Source of the DNA: Octopus vulgaris
Taxonomy: Eukaryota
DNA: 64,000 nucleotides
Reading direction: 5' to 3'
Assembly: GCA_951406725.2 (NCBI GenBank)
Contig: OX597817.1
Coordinates: forward strand, 167,586,001-167,650,000
Both the position numbers and the translations under genes were made by a program. The notes below the pieces were generated by a model that had not been told where the DNA came from, did not search any database, and saw nothing but the letters and a program-made list of their open reading frames with translations. Positions within the stretch are counted from its first letter, which is position 1, and the number at the start of each line of letters is the position of its first letter. This document shows, piece after piece, positions 44,650 to 59,584 of this stretch.

Positions 44650-44952
44650 CTGATAAATTGTTTTTGTGTCTCCTTTTGTCTCAAAGCCGTAGGGTGCCTG
44701 TGTCATCCTTGTTTTTAACCGTTACTGTCTTCAAAAAGTTTTTTTCGTTCCATGTTCGTCTCTGTTGCGTTGCATTCTTTCCTTCTGGGGCTGGCCGATT
44801 CAGAGCAGATCTCAGAATTAAACAGCCGAAATCTGCGATGAGGAATCGGTTTCTGACTGAAGAACGAAGGCTTTGAATGACCCGTCTGTCTCTTACGTTC
44901 GTCCCTTCGTGTATTTCACGTTATTTATATATGTAAAGGTTTATAGTATTAT

Positions 44953-45023
<71 letters not shown>

Positions 45024-45249
45024 GTGTGTGTGTGTGTGTGTGTTGTTTTTTCTATAAGTATGTTTGGTGTTTCATATGCAATCTTTGATGAGCTTTTTTC
45101 ATGTATGTCTGATTATGTGTTTGAATGTTTGATGTGCCTACTTGATTAGCCTGTTTTTTTAAGTGTATTTCGTGAGTATATGTTTGATGAACGGAGACAA
45201 CAAGGCTACACTGTAACAACACTTCATTTCGTTCATGATTTTTAATGAA

Positions 45250-45358
45250 GATGATGACGATGGTGAGAATGACGATGGTGAAAAACGATGAGAGGGACAA
45301 TCACACGGAAGATAATGGGTGATCGTGATACTGACGATGGCGATAACGTTCAAATCGG

Positions 45359-45396
<38 letters not shown>

Positions 45397-45397
45397 A

Positions 45398-45428
<31 letters not shown>

Positions 45429-45670
45429 AGTGGTAGTGTTGGTAGTATGATGATTAGTGGTGACGATAATGACGATGATTGAGATAGTCCTGTTAATGAT
45501 GATGACGATGACGAAAACGACGACGACGATGATGATGACGATGATGATGATGATAAGGATGATGATGATAACGATGATGATGATGACGACGACAACGGTT
45601 AAATAAGGATGGTAATGCTAACGCTGAGGATAATGGTGATGATGATGATGATGATGATGATGATGACGAC

Positions 45671-45701
<31 letters not shown>

Positions 45702-45780
45702 GTGACGATGATGATGATAGTAACAATAATTATCTTAACACCGATGGTATACGACGATAATGACGATGTTGGTGATAGCA

Positions 45781-45825
<45 letters not shown>

Positions 45826-45860
45826 GTGATAGTGATGGTAATAGCAATGATATCGATGGT
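45250..45860. repeat. degenerate (GAT)n microsatellite field
   Basis: Direct observation. Confidence 0.9.
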
Positions 45861-45940
45861 GATATCGCCTTTGTCATTTCGCCTTTGTTTAAGTAGTAAT
45901 GAATGTATCAAGATTAACTCTATTATGCATGTACGACTCA

Positions 45941-46030
<90 letters not shown>

Positions 46031-46033
<3 letters not shown>

Positions 46034-46436
46034 CGTAAGAGTGGCTGTGTGGTAAGTAGCTTGCTTATCGATCCCATGGTTCAGGGTTCAGTCCCACTGC
46101 ATGGCACCTTGGGCAAGTGTCTTTTATTATAGCCTCGGGCCGACCAAGGCCTTGTGAGTGGATTTGGTAGACGGAAACTGAAAGAAGCCCGTCGTATATA
46201 TATGTATATATACGTGTGTGTGTATGTGTTTGTGTGTCTGTGTTTGTCCTCCCAACATCGCTTGACAACCGATGCTGGTGTGTTTGCGTCCTCGTAACTT
46301 AGCGGTTCGGCAAAATAGACCGATATAGAATAAGTACTAGGCTTACAAAGAATAAGTCCTGGGGTCGATTTGCTCGAACAAAGGTGGTGCTCCAGCATGG
46401 CCACAGTCAAATGACTGAAACAAGTAAAAAAAAAAG
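46031..46436 (+). mobile_element. SINE family A, full length
   Basis: Match to the family. Confidence 0.85.
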
Positions 46437-46640
46437 TAATATATATATTATATATATGTATGTGTGTGTGTGGAAGGTTATTGAGGAAACCGTTTAAAAG
46501 TACCCTTTTTGGCATGAAAGGCCCCCATGCCAATTGGGTGGTAGTGGTGGTGATTGATGATGATGATTACAAAACCGGACGACTGCGTACTTTCTCCTTG
46601 ATGAGGTATACGTATGTATTCATGTATGTATGTATATATG

Positions 46641-46699
<59 letters not shown>

Positions 46700-46740
46700 G
46701 TATGTATATATATATGTATGTATATATATATATATGTATG

Positions 46741-46776
<36 letters not shown>

Positions 46777-46800
46777 GGTATATGTATGTATGTATGTATG

Positions 46801-46836
<36 letters not shown>

Positions 46837-47092
46837 CATGTGTGTATACATATATATATATATATACATATATATACATACACACACATATATATAAATT
46901 AAATATAGATGCATACATATAAATATATGCATGTATATATATGTACATATATAATATTAAATATAGATATATACATACATATATATATATATATCGTATG
47001 TATGTATATATATATATATGTACATATATACATATTAAATATAGATACATACATACCTATATATATATATACATATATATATACATATATAC

Positions 47093-47123
<31 letters not shown>

Positions 47124-47134
47124 CATATATATAT

Positions 47135-47240
<106 letters not shown>

Positions 47241-47539
47241 TATGTATGCATTCATAAATTGACAACCAGAATGAAACTCTTCTAATCCAAAGTAACAACC
47301 TAATCTCCTGCGTGAAACATTCAACATCGCTCGTTAGTATTAATTTTACCGTAACCATAGTAACGAAGGCCAGGAGATGGATATTGAGCTGGCGCGATGT
47401 CGTTCTTTTTTCTCTTCTTTTCCTTTTTTTTTTTCTTTCTCCAATCACAAATCGGAAGAGAGAGAGAGTGGGCGTTGATGAGTTGATGACTGTTCCCAGC
47501 ACTTAACATCCTGTGGTGAAATACCGCAAGACGTTCCGT

Positions 47540-47598
<59 letters not shown>

Positions 47599-47643
47599 TT
47601 AATAATAATAGTAATAATAATAATAATAATAATAATTGTAATA

Positions 47644-47685
<42 letters not shown>

Positions 47686-47780
47686 GTAATAATAATAATA
47701 ATAATAATAGTAATAATAATAATAGTAATAATAATAATAATAATAATAGTAATAATAATAATAATAATAATAGTAATAAT

Positions 47781-48338
47781 AAATGCCCTGATGCAGTACC
47801 AGGCAGTGGCTCTCATGGCTTCTGATCTTAACTGATTGGAAGTGTTATCATGTACATTGTTTTGTCTTGGTATAAAAGATGGGCTACAGCAAATATTCTG
47901 CTCAATACCACAGATTTGCTTGTCAGTTGTTTGACCATAACCAGTTGAGCATGTCCCCTAGTGGCTGAAGATATGTGCATCTCTGATCACGAGCAGAAGT
48001 AGTGGGGGAGCATCATAGCCATGTGTTGAGAGGGATGCTTTGGGGTTTGAATAGTTCACCTCTGGAAACATGGGTGGTTCTTTCAACATCCTTAAACAAC
48101 CCTTATTCGGGGACCGTTTGAGCGGGATGGGCTACTCAACCTGAAGAAAATTCAAACTGGGCCCCACCTGCAAGGTCATGTGCTGTTTATCTTGATATGA
48201 GATCACCATGTCGCGCACATATGGTTGTGATGCATGTGCCTGGTGTACCTTTATCAGACGGGTAGTCATGATGGGTATATTGGGCTTCGTATATTTTACC
48301 CCAGTGTCACTTTGATGGCATGAACTGCTCTCTCACTC
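47781..48338. mobile_element. unclassified ~550-bp (AAT)n-embedded element, copy 1
   Basis: AAATGCCCTGATGCAGTACC...CTGCTCTCTCACTC; same ends in three copies. Confidence 0.75.
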
Positions 48339-48510
48339 AGTAATAATAATAATAGTAATAATAATAATAAAAATAGTAATAATAATAATAATAGTAATAA
48401 TAATAATCATAATAATAATAATAATAGTAATAATAATAATAGTAATAATAATAATAATAATAATAGTAATAATAGTAATAATAATAATAATAGTAATAAT
48501 AATAATAATA

Positions 48511-48627
<117 letters not shown>

Positions 48628-48660
48628 GTAATAGTAATAATAAAATTAATAATAATATTA

Positions 48661-48691
<31 letters not shown>

Positions 48692-48744
48692 TAGTAATAG
48701 TAATGGTAATAATAATAATAATAATAATATTAATAGTAATAATA

Positions 48745-49266
48745 ATTCCAGTACATACAGACCGAACCATCAAGGCCAATAAACCAGATATTGTTGTGAA
48801 AGACCAAAACAATAAAGTTTGCTTATTGATCGACATGAGCATCCCCTGTGATCATAATATCTCAGCGAAAGAGTTTGACAAGCTCAGAAAATATAAAGAC
48901 CTACTCATTGAAATTGAGAAAATGTGGCATCTCAAGGCGGTTACAATACCAGTGATCGTAGGAGCACTAGGAATGATCAAGAAGGGAACCGAAAATTATA
49001 TGAGAATGATCCTGGCTTACCATCACTGCAAGAAGTGCAAAAGATTGTCTTAACTGGTACATCACACGTATTGAGAAGAGCATTGTCGATGTGAGAACTG
49101 TTGCTGCTCATGTATTTTAATTTAACTTTAAAAAAAAATGAACGAACTATTGTTTAGTTTAATGGCCTACCAATGTACACTATGAGTTTCTTTGCCCTAG
49201 GAGTCGGGAAGACACACGGCAAGAAATGGAAGCAAATTTGAAAGAAGAAAAAAAAAATTTTTTTTT
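48745..49266 (+). mobile_element. 5'-truncated Dong/R4-clade non-LTR retrotransposon (RLE endonuclease plus 3'UTR)
   Basis: TDRTIKANKPDIVVKD...LLIDMSIP...KLRKYKDL...PVIVGALG, a frameshift at ~49010, then LQEVQKIVLTGTSHVLRRAL* (stop 49092-49094); sits in (AAT)n. Confidence 0.9.
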
Positions 49267-49284
49267 AATAATAATAATGATAAT

Positions 49285-49830
49285 AAATGCCCTGATGCAG
49301 TACCAGGCAGTGGCTCTCATGGCTTCTGATCTTAACTGATTGGAAGTGTTATCATGTACATTGTTTTGTCTTGGTATAAAAGATGGGCTACAGCAAATAT
49401 TCTGCTCAATACCACAGATTTGCTTGTCAGTTGTTTGACCTTAACCAGTTGAGTGGCTGACGATATGTGCATCTCTGATCACGAGCAGAAGTAGTGGGGG
49501 AGCATCATAGCCATGTGTTGAGAGGGATTCTTTGGGGTTTGAATAATTCACCTCTGGAAACATGGGTGTTTCGTTCAACGTCCTTAAACAACCCTTATTC
49601 AGGGACCTTTTGAGCGGGATGGGTTACTCGATCTGAAGAAAATTCTAACTGGGCTCCACCTGCAAGGTCATGTGCTGTTTATCTTGATATGAGATCACCA
49701 TGTCGCGCACATATGGTTGTGATGCATGTGCCTGGTGTACCTTTATCAGACGGGTAGTCATGATGGGTATACTGGGCTTCGTATATTTTACCCCAGTGTC
49801 ACTTTGATGGCATGAACTGCTCTCTCACTC
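49285..49830. mobile_element. unclassified (AAT)n-embedded element, copy 2
   Basis: As copy 1, with a small internal deletion at ~49453. Confidence 0.75.
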
Positions 49831-49972
49831 AATAATAATAATAATAATAATAGTAATAATAATAATAGTAATAATAATAGTAATAATAATAATTATATTA
49901 ATAGTAATAATAATAATAATAATAAGAGTAATAATAATAATAATAATAATAGTAATAGTACTAATAATAGTA

Positions 49973-50029
<57 letters not shown>

Positions 50030-50050
50030 GTAATAATAATAATAGTAATA

Positions 50051-50091
<41 letters not shown>

Positions 50092-50182
50092 TAATAATAA
50101 TAATAGTAATAATAATAATAATAATAATAGTAATAATAATAATAGTATAATAATAATAATAATAATAATAGTAATAATAATA

Positions 50183-50213
<31 letters not shown>

Positions 50214-50239
50214 TAGTAATAATAATAATAATAATAATA

Positions 50240-50281
<42 letters not shown>

Positions 50282-50293
50282 GTAATAATAATA

Positions 50294-50335
<42 letters not shown>

Positions 50336-50365
50336 GTAATAATAATAATAATAATAATAATAGTT

Positions 50366-50436
<71 letters not shown>

Positions 50437-50440
<4 letters not shown>

Positions 50441-50993
50441 GCCCTGATGCAGTACCAGGCAGTGGCTCTCATGGCTTCTGATCTTAACTGATTGGAAGTG
50501 TTATCATGTACATTGTTTTGTCTTGGTATAAAAGATGGGCTACAGCAAATATTCTGCTCAATACCACAGATTTGTTTGTCAGTTGTTTGACCTTAACCAG
50601 TTGAGCATGTCCCTTAGTGGCTGACGATATGTGCATCTCTGATCACGAGCAGAAGTAGTGGGGGAGCATCATAGCCATGTGTTGAGAGGGATTCTTTGGG
50701 GTTTGAATAGTTCACCTCTGGAAACATGGGTGGTTCTTTCAACATCCTTAAACAACCCTTATTCAGGGACCTTTGAGCGGGATGGGCTACTCAACCTGAA
50801 GAAAATTCTAACCGGGCCCCACCTGCAAGGTCATGTGCTGTTTATCTTGATATGAGATCACCATGTCGCGCACATATGGTTGTGATGCATGTGCCTGGTG
50901 TACCTTTATCAGACGGGTAGTCATGATGGGTATATTGGGCTTCGTATATTTTACCCCAGTGTCACTTTGATGGCATGAACTGCTCTCTCACTC
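50437..50993. mobile_element. unclassified (AAT)n-embedded element, copy 3
   Basis: As copy 1. Confidence 0.75.
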
Positions 50994-51057
50994 AATAATA
51001 ATAATAATAATAATAATAATGATAATAATAATAATAATAATAATAGTAATAATAATA

Positions 51058-51118
<61 letters not shown>

Positions 51119-51129
51119 TAATAATACAA

Positions 51130-51257
51130 ATGCTGCTGTTGCTGATGGTGATAGTGATGGTGGTGATGGGGTGATGATAGTGATGGTGGTAGCGCTGGTG
51201 GTGATGTTGGTGATGACGATGAGATTGATGACGACGATGACGGTGATGACGGCGGTA

Positions 51258-51315
<58 letters not shown>

Positions 51316-51342
51316 GGATGATGAGGATGATGGTGGTGGTGG

Positions 51343-51394
<52 letters not shown>

Positions 51395-52361
51395 GATGAG
51401 GATGATGAGGATGATGAGGATGTTGGTGATGGTGGTGTTGGTGATGATGGTGATAGTGGTGGTGGTGGTGGTGGTGGTGGTGGTGGTGGTGGTGGTGGTG
51501 GTGGTGGTGGTGGTGGTGGTGGTGGTGGTGGTGGTGGCGCAGGTTGTGGTGGTGGTAGTGGTGGTGGTGGTGGTAGTGGTAGTGGTTGTGGTGGTGGTGG
51601 CGCAGGTGGTGGTGGTTGTGGTGGTGGTGGTGGTGGCGCAGGTGGTGGTGGTTGTGGTGGTGGTGGTGGTGGTGGTGGTGGCGCAGGTTGTGGTGGTGGT
51701 AGTGGTTGTGGTGGTGGTGGCGCAGGTGGTGGTGGTGGTGGTGGCGCAGGTGGTAGTGGTGGTGGTGGTGGTGGTGGTGGGTGGTGGCGGTGGTGGTGGT
51801 GGTGGTGGCGCAGGTGGTGGTGGTGGTGGTGGTGGTGGTTTCGCAGGTGGTGGTGGTGGTGGTGGTGGCGGTTGTGGTGTGGTGGTGGTGGTGGTGGTGG
51901 TGGCGCAGGTTGTGGTGGTGGTAGTGGTGGTGGTGGTGGTAGTGGTAGTGGTTGTGGTGGTGGTGGCGCAGGTGGTGGTGGTGGTGGCGCAGGTGGTAGT
52001 GGTGGTGGTGGTGGTGGTGGTGGTGGTGGTGGCGCAGGTGGTGGTGGTGGTGGCGCAGGTGGTGGTGGTGGTGGTGGTTTCGCAGGTGGTGGTGGTGGTG
52101 GTGGTGGTGGTGGTTGTGGTGGTGGTGGTGGTGGTGGTGGTGGTGGTGGTGGTGGTGGTTGGTGGTGGTGGTGGTGGTGGTGGTGGTGGTCATCGTCGAC
52201 GTGGTAGTGGTGGTGGTGGTGGTAGTGGTGGTCACCGTGGTCGTGGTGAAGGCGGTGGCGATGACGATGGCGACAGAGATTACAGTGTGGTCTGGCTGGG
52301 AACGCCTTTCATCGTAGGTGTCTGCTCGACTTAAGGTTAAACAACATCAACAGCTGCAATA

Positions 52362-52414
<53 letters not shown>

Positions 52415-52415
52415 G
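51130..52415. repeat. compound (GAT)n-(GGT)n-(CAG)n low-complexity array
   Basis: GGT runs punctuated by recurrent GCGCAG; CAG run at 52365-52412. Confidence 0.9.
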
Positions 52416-52574
52416 AAGGCGGTTAACAGCAACATCTTCTATGCTCGCATCCAAGCGTATCTTCTTTGCATGTGCAGTTTACAATCTCCATCACACTTCA
52501 AAATACACGTGATTCCGACTGATACCTTCACAAGACTGTCTGTCCGAACTGAACTGTTCAGTAAGTAAAACTGT

Positions 52575-55500
52575 CTGTCTAAGCTGGACTATACAATATG
52601 TAAGACTGATATCTAGATAAACCTTTCCTATATGACAATGCCTGCTCAAGGGGTTTGACTGATACATAGCTAGCCCTAATAGTTGTGCTAGATGTCAGAG
52701 TTCAGATTTGTTAGCCAGGTAAAATGCTCAGCGGTATTCTGGGTTCAAATTCTGTCTAAGCTGGACTATACAATATGTAAGACTAACATCTAGATAAACC
52801 TTTCCTATATGACAATGGCTGCTCAAAGAGTTTGACTGATACATAGCTAGCCCTAATAGTTGTGCTAGATTTCAGAGTTCAGATTTGTTAGCCAGGTAAA
52901 ATGCTCAGCGGTATTCTGGGTTCAAATTCTGTCTAAGCTGGACTATACAATATGTAAGACTAACATCTAGATAAACCTTTCCTATATGACAATGGCTGCT
53001 CAAGGGTTTGACTGATACATAGCTAGCCCTAATAGTTGTGCTAGATTTCAAAGTTCAGATTTGTTAGCCAGGTAAAATGCTCAGCGGTATTCTGGGTTCA
53101 AATTCTGTCTAAGCTGGACTATACAATATGTAAGACTAACATCTAGATAAACCTTTCCTATATGACAATGGCTGCTCAAGGGTTTGACTGATACATAGCT
53201 AGCCCTAATAGTTGTGCTAGATTTCAGAGTTCAGATTTGTTAGCCAGGTAAAATGCTCAGCGGTATTCTGGGTTCAAATCCTGTCTAAGCTGGACTATAC
53301 AATATGTAAGACTAACATCTAGATAAACCTTTCCTATATGACAATGGCTGCTCAAGGGGTTTGACTGATACATAGCTAGCCCTAATAGTTGTGCTAGATT
53401 TCAGAGTTCAGATTTGTTAGCCAGGTAAAATGCTCAGCGGTATTCTGGGTTCAAATTCTGTCTAAGCTGGACTATACAATATGTAAGACTAACATCTAGA
53501 TAAACCTTTCCTATATGACAATGGCTGCTCAAAGAGTTTGACTGATACATAGCTAGCCCTAATAGTTGTGCTAGATTTCAGAGTTCAGATTTGTTAGCCA
53601 GGTAAAATGCTCAGCGGTATTCTGGGTTCAAATTCTGTCTAAGCTGGACTATACAATATGTAAGACTGACATCTAGATAAACCTTTCCTATATGACAATG
53701 GCTGCTCAAGGGGTTTGACTGATACATAGCTAGCCCTAATAGTTGTGCTAGATTTCAAAGTTCAGATTTGTTAGCCAGGTAAAATGCTCAGCGGTATTCT
53801 GGGTTCAAATTCTGTCTAAGCTGGACTATACAATATGTAAGACTGACATCTAGATAAACCTTTCCTATATGACAATGGCTGCTCAAGGGGTTTGACTGAT
53901 ACATAGCTAGCCCTAATAGTTGTGCTAGATTTCAAAGTTCAGATTTGTTAGCCAGGTAAAATGCTCAGCGGTATTCTGGGTTCAAATTCTGTCTAAGCTG
54001 GACTATACAATATGTAAGACTGACATCTAGATAAACCTTTCCTATATGACAATGGCTGCTCAAGGGGTTTGACTGATACATAGCTAGCCCTAATAGTTGT
54101 GCTAGATTTCAGAGTTCAGATTTGTTAGCCAGGTAAAATGCTCAGCGGTATTCTGGGTTCAAATTCTGTCTAAGCTGGACTATACAATATGTAAGACTAA
54201 CATCTAGATAAACCTTTCCTATATGACAATGGCTGCTCAAGGGGTTTGATTGATACATAGCTAGCCCTAATAGTTGTGCTAGATTTCAGAGTTCAGATTT
54301 GTTAGCCAGGTAAAATGCTCAGCGGTATTCTGGGTTCAAATTCTGTCTAAGCTGGACTATACAATATGTAAGACTGACATCTAGATAAACCTTTCCTATA
54401 TGACAATGGCTGCTCAAGGGGTTTGACTGATACATAGCTAGCCCTAATAGTTGTGCTACATTTCAGAGTTCAGATTTGTTAGCCAGGTAAAATGCTCAGC
54501 GGTATTCTGGGTTCAAATTCTGTCTAAGCTGGACTATACAATATGTAAGACTAACATCTAGATAAACCTTTCCTATATGACAATGGCTGCTCAAAGGGTT
54601 TGACTGATACATAGCTAGCCCTAATAGTTGTGCTAGATTTTAGAGTTCAGATTTGTTAGCCAGGTAAAATGCTCAGCGGTATTCTGGGTTCAAATTCTGT
54701 CTAAGCTGGACTATACAATATGTAAGACTAACATCTAGATAAACCTTTCCTATATGACAATGGCTGCTCAAGGGGTTTGACTGATACATAGCTAGCCCTA
54801 ATAGTTGTGCTAGATTTCAGAGTTCAGATTTGTTAGCCAGGTAAAATGCTCAGCGGTATTCTGGGTTCAAATTCTGTCTAAGCTGGACTATACAATATGT
54901 AAGACTAACATCTAGATAAACCTTTCCTATATGACAATGGCTGCTCAAGGGGTTTGACTGATACATAGCTAGCCCTAATAGTTGTGCTAGATTTCAGAGT
55001 TCAGATTTGTTAGCCAGGTAAAATGCTCAGCGGTATTCTGGGTTCAAATTCTGTCTAAGCTGGACTATACAATATGTAAGACTGACATCTAGATAAACCT
55101 TTCCTATAAGACAATGGCTGCTCAATGGGTTTGACTGATACATAGCTAGCCCTAATAGTTGTGCTAGATTTCAGAGTTCAGATTTGTTAGCCAGGTAAAA
55201 TGCTCAGTGGTATTCTGGGTTCAAATTCTGTCTAAGCTGGACTATACAATATGTAAGACTAACATCTAGATAAACCTTTCCTATATGACAATGGCTGCTC
55301 AAGGGGTTTGACTGATACATAGCTAGCCCTAATAGTTGTGCTAGATTTCAGAGTTCAGATTTGTTAGCCAGGTAAAATGCTCAGCGGTATTCTGGGTTCA
55401 AATTCTGTCTAAGCTGGACTATACAATATGTAAGACTAACATCTAGATAAACCTTTCCTATATGACAATGGCTGCTCAGGGGGTTTGACTGATACATAGC

Positions 55501-56418
55501 TAGCCCTAATAGTTGTGCTAGATTTCAGAGTTCAGATTTGTTAGCCAGGTAAAATGCTCAGCGGTATTCTGGGTTCAAATTCTGTCTAAGCTGGACTATA
55601 CAATATGTAAGACTGACATCTAGATAAACCTTTCCTATATGACAATGGCTGCTCAAGGGGTTTGACTGATACATAGCTAACCCTAATAGTTGTGCTAGAT
55701 TTCAGAGTTCAGATTTGTTAGCCAGGTAAAATGCTCAGCGGTATTCTGGGTTCAAATTCTGTCTAAGCTGGACTATACAATATGTAAGACTAACATCTAG
55801 ATAAACCTTTCCTATATGACAATGGCTGCTCAAAGGGTTTGACTGATACATAGCTAGCCCTAATAGTTGTGCTAGATTTCAGAGTTCAGATTTGTTAGCC
55901 AGGTAAAATGCTCAGCGGTATTCTGGGTTCAAATTCTGTCTAAGCTGGACTATACAATATGTAAGACTAACATCTAGATAAACCTTTCCTATATGACAAT
56001 GGCTGCTCAAGGGGTTTGATTGATACATAGCTAGCCCTAATAGTTGTGCTAGATTTCAGAGTTCAGATTTGTTAGCCAGGTAAAATGCTCAGCGGTATTC
56101 TGGGTTCAAATTCTGTCTAAGCTGGACTATACAATATGTAAGACTGACATCTAGATAAACCTTTCCTATATGACAATGGCTGCTCAAAGGGTTTGACTGA
56201 TACATAGCTAGCCCTAATAGTTGTGCTAGATTTCAGAGTTCAGATTTGTTAGCCAGGTAAAATGCTCAGCGGTATTCTGGGTTCAAATTCTATCTAAGCT
56301 GGACTATACAATATGTAAGACTGACATCTAGATAAACCTTTCCTATATGACAATGGCTGCTCAAGGGGTTTGACTGATACATAGCTAGCCCTAATAGTTG
56401 TGCTAGATTTCTGAGTTC
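52575..56418 (+). repeat. 177-bp tandem satellite, ~22 near-identical units
   Basis: AAGCTGGACTATAC recurs at 52581, 52758, 52935, 53111, 53287, 53464...56296 (period 176-177). Confidence 0.95.
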
Positions 56419-56419
56419 T

Positions 56420-57835
56420 GTAAGGCGGCGAGACGACAGATTTCTTAGCCAGGTAAAATGCTCAGCGGTATTCTGAGTTCAAATTCTGCCGAGGTTGACT
56501 TTTGAGGTCGATATAATAAATACCAGGTGAGCACTAGGATCGATATAATCGACCTAATCCGTTTGTCTGTCCTTGTTTGTCCCCTCGTGTTTAACCCCTT
56601 GTGGATAGTAAATAAATAGAAATAGGTATTCTGAGTTCAAATTCTGCCGAGGTTGACTTTCATCCTTTCGAGGTCGATAAAATAAATATCAGTTGAGCAC
56701 TAGGGTCGATGTAATCGTCTTACCCACTTCTCCAAAACTGTTGGTCTTGTGCCAAAATTTAAAACCAATATTTGAGAGGTTTGTAAGGTGGCGGGCTGGC
56801 AGAATTGTTTACACGCTGCGCAAAATGCTTAGCGGTATTTCGTCTGCCGTTACGTTCTTAGTTCAAATTCCGCCGAGGGCGATTTTGCCTTTCATCCTTT
56901 CGGGGTCGATAAATTAAGTACCAGTTACACACTGGGGTCGAATTAATCGACTTAATCTGTCTGTCTGTCCTTGTTTGTCTCCTTGTGGGTAGTAAAGAAA
57001 TAGGTATTTCGTCTGTCTTTCCGTTCTGAGTTCAAATTCTGCTAAGGTGGACTTTGCCTTTCATATTATCGAGATCGATAAAATAAATACCAGTTGGGCA
57101 ATAGGGTCAATGTAACCGTCTTAATCCCACCTCCGAAACAGCTGGTCTTGTGCCAACATTTTAAACCGATATTGAGATGGCAGTACATGCCAGGCAAAAT
57201 GCATAGCGATATTTCGCCCGTCTTTACGTTCTGAGTTCAAATTCCGCCGAATTCGATAAAATAAGTACCACTTAAGTACTGGAGTTGATGCGATCGTTTT
57301 AACCCCTCCTCCGAAATTGCTGGCCTTGTGCCAGCAATTTGAGATATCTGTAAGTTGGTGAAATGGCAGAATCGTTATCACGCCGGGCAAAATGCTTATC
57401 GGGGTTTCATTGGCTCCTAGCTAGCCCTGATATCTGTGCTATATTTCAGAGATCTGTAAGGCGGCGAGATGGCAGAGTCGTTAGCGCCCCGGGCGAAATG
57501 CTTAGCTGTATTTAGTCTGTCGTTACGTTCTGAGTTCAAGTTCCGCCGAGGTCGACTTTGCCTTTCATCCTTTCGGGGTCGATTAAATAAGTACCAGTTA
57601 CGCACTGGGGTCGATATAATCGACTTAATCCGTTTGTCTGTCCTTGCTTGTCTCCTCTGTATTTAGCCCCTTGGTATTGCGTCTGTCTTTATGTTCTGAG
57701 TTCAAATTCCTCCGAGGTCGGCTTTGCCTTTAATCCTTTCGCAGTTGATAAAATAAGTACTGAGATCGATGTAATCGACTTACTCACTCTCCCATAATTG
57801 CTGGCCTTGTGTAGACATTTGAAATCAATATCTGA
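56420..57835 (+). mobile_element. cluster of tandem family B SINE copies
   Basis: Four head-bearing units with repeated core and tail modules. Confidence 0.75.
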
Positions 57836-57911
57836 GAAGCCTGCATAGTCCTGCTATCTGTGTAGTAATTGAGAAATCTAGCTTTTATTTCCTAACTTCT
57901 AACCACAAACA

Positions 57912-58158
57912 TACTCTTTACTCTCTTTTACTCTTTTACTTGTTTCAGTCATTTGACTGCGGCCATGCTGGAGCACCGCCTTTAATCGAGCAAATCTACC
58001 CCGGGACTTATTCTTTTTTGTAAGCCCAGTACTTATTCTATCGGTCTCTTTTTGCCGAACCGCTAAGTGACGGGGACGTAAACACACCAGCATCAGTTGT
58101 CAAGCAATGCTAGGGGGACAAACACACACACACAAACACACACACACACACACACACA

Positions 58159-58215
<57 letters not shown>

Positions 58216-58374
58216 TACGACAGGCTTCTTTCAGTTTCCGTCTAACAAATCCACTCACAAGGCATTGGTCGGCCCGAGGCTATAGCAGAAGACACTTGCC
58301 CAAGATGCCACGCAGTGGGACTGAACCCGGAACCATGTGGTTGGTTAGCAAGCTACTTACCACACAGCCACTCC
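57912..58374 (-). mobile_element. SINE family A
   Basis: Match to the family. Confidence 0.85.
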
Positions 58375-58932
58375 AATAGTTCATATTCTAGAGCAAATGA
58401 TATTAATCTTTCATCCTTCTCTTGCTTTAGTCGTTGGAGTGCGGCCATGCTGGAATACCTTCCTAAAGGGTTTAGTCGAACAAATCAAATCCCAATACTT
58501 ATTTTTTAAGCCTGGTAATTATTCTATCGGTTTATTCTGCTGAGCCTCTAAGTTATGCTGAGATGTAATCAAACCGTGACAAACGCAAGGATACAAATAC
58601 GTATACAGACACACATACATGTGTGAGTATGTATATATATGTATGTGTGTGTGTGAAATCGTCGCAGGTAGAGCTTTTCGGAATGACCCCGCAGCCGGAA
58701 AAGGAATACACGAGTTGATATATATGGAAAAAAAGACAAGATAGAAAATGGTAAAATATTTTTATAAAAAAAGGTTTTAGTACCAGTTTTCAGTCATTGA
58801 GACTTTAAGTATGGAAAAGAATTAAATTTTGAAAAAATTAAAAGAATAAGAAGCAATGTAGGTAGCATAGAAGTAGTAAGGTGTCAAATGTTCAAATGAC
58901 ATAAAATAGGCACGTTATGGGTTATAGGAGTG

Positions 58933-58965
<33 letters not shown>

Positions 58966-58967
<2 letters not shown>

Positions 58968-59375
58968 TCTTTACTCTCTCTCTTTTACTTGTTTCAGTCA
59001 TTTGACTGCGGCCATGCTGGAGCACCGCCTTTAATCGAGCAACTCGACCCCGGGACTTATTCTTTTGTAAGCCCAGTACTTATTCTATCGGTCTCTTTTG
59101 CCGAACCGCTAAGTAACGGGAACGTAAACACACCAGCATCGGTTGTCAAGCAATGCTAGGGGGACAAACACAGACACACAAACACACACACATACACACA
59201 CACATATATATACGACAGGCTTCTTTCAGTTTCCGTCTACCAAATCCACTCACAAGGCATTGGTCGGCCCGGGGCTATAGCAGAAGACACTTGCCCAAGA
59301 TGCCACACAGTGGGACTGAACCCGGAACCATGTGGTTGGTTAGCAAGCTACTTACCACACAGCCACTCCTGCGCC
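58966..59375 (-). mobile_element. SINE family A, full length
   Basis: Match to the family. Confidence 0.85.
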
Positions 59376-59584
59376 TATATATATATATATAATATATAAT
59401 ATATATATAATATATATATATTATATAATATATAGTATATATATATAATATATATATTATATAATATATATAATATATAATATATATATAATATATATAT
59501 ATTATATAATATATAATATATATATAATATATATATATTGTATAATATATATAATATATAATATATATATAATATATATATATA

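Noticed and set aside
50988-52334. 415-aa His-rich and 387-aa Val/Gly-rich ORFs as structural proteins
   Set aside because: Trinucleotide repeats lack stops by construction; composition flips at 1-nt slips; no signal peptide or splice structure seen
52575-56418. CRISPR-like array
   Set aside because: Units are near-identical along their whole length with no unique spacers, there are no cas genes, and the context is eukaryotic
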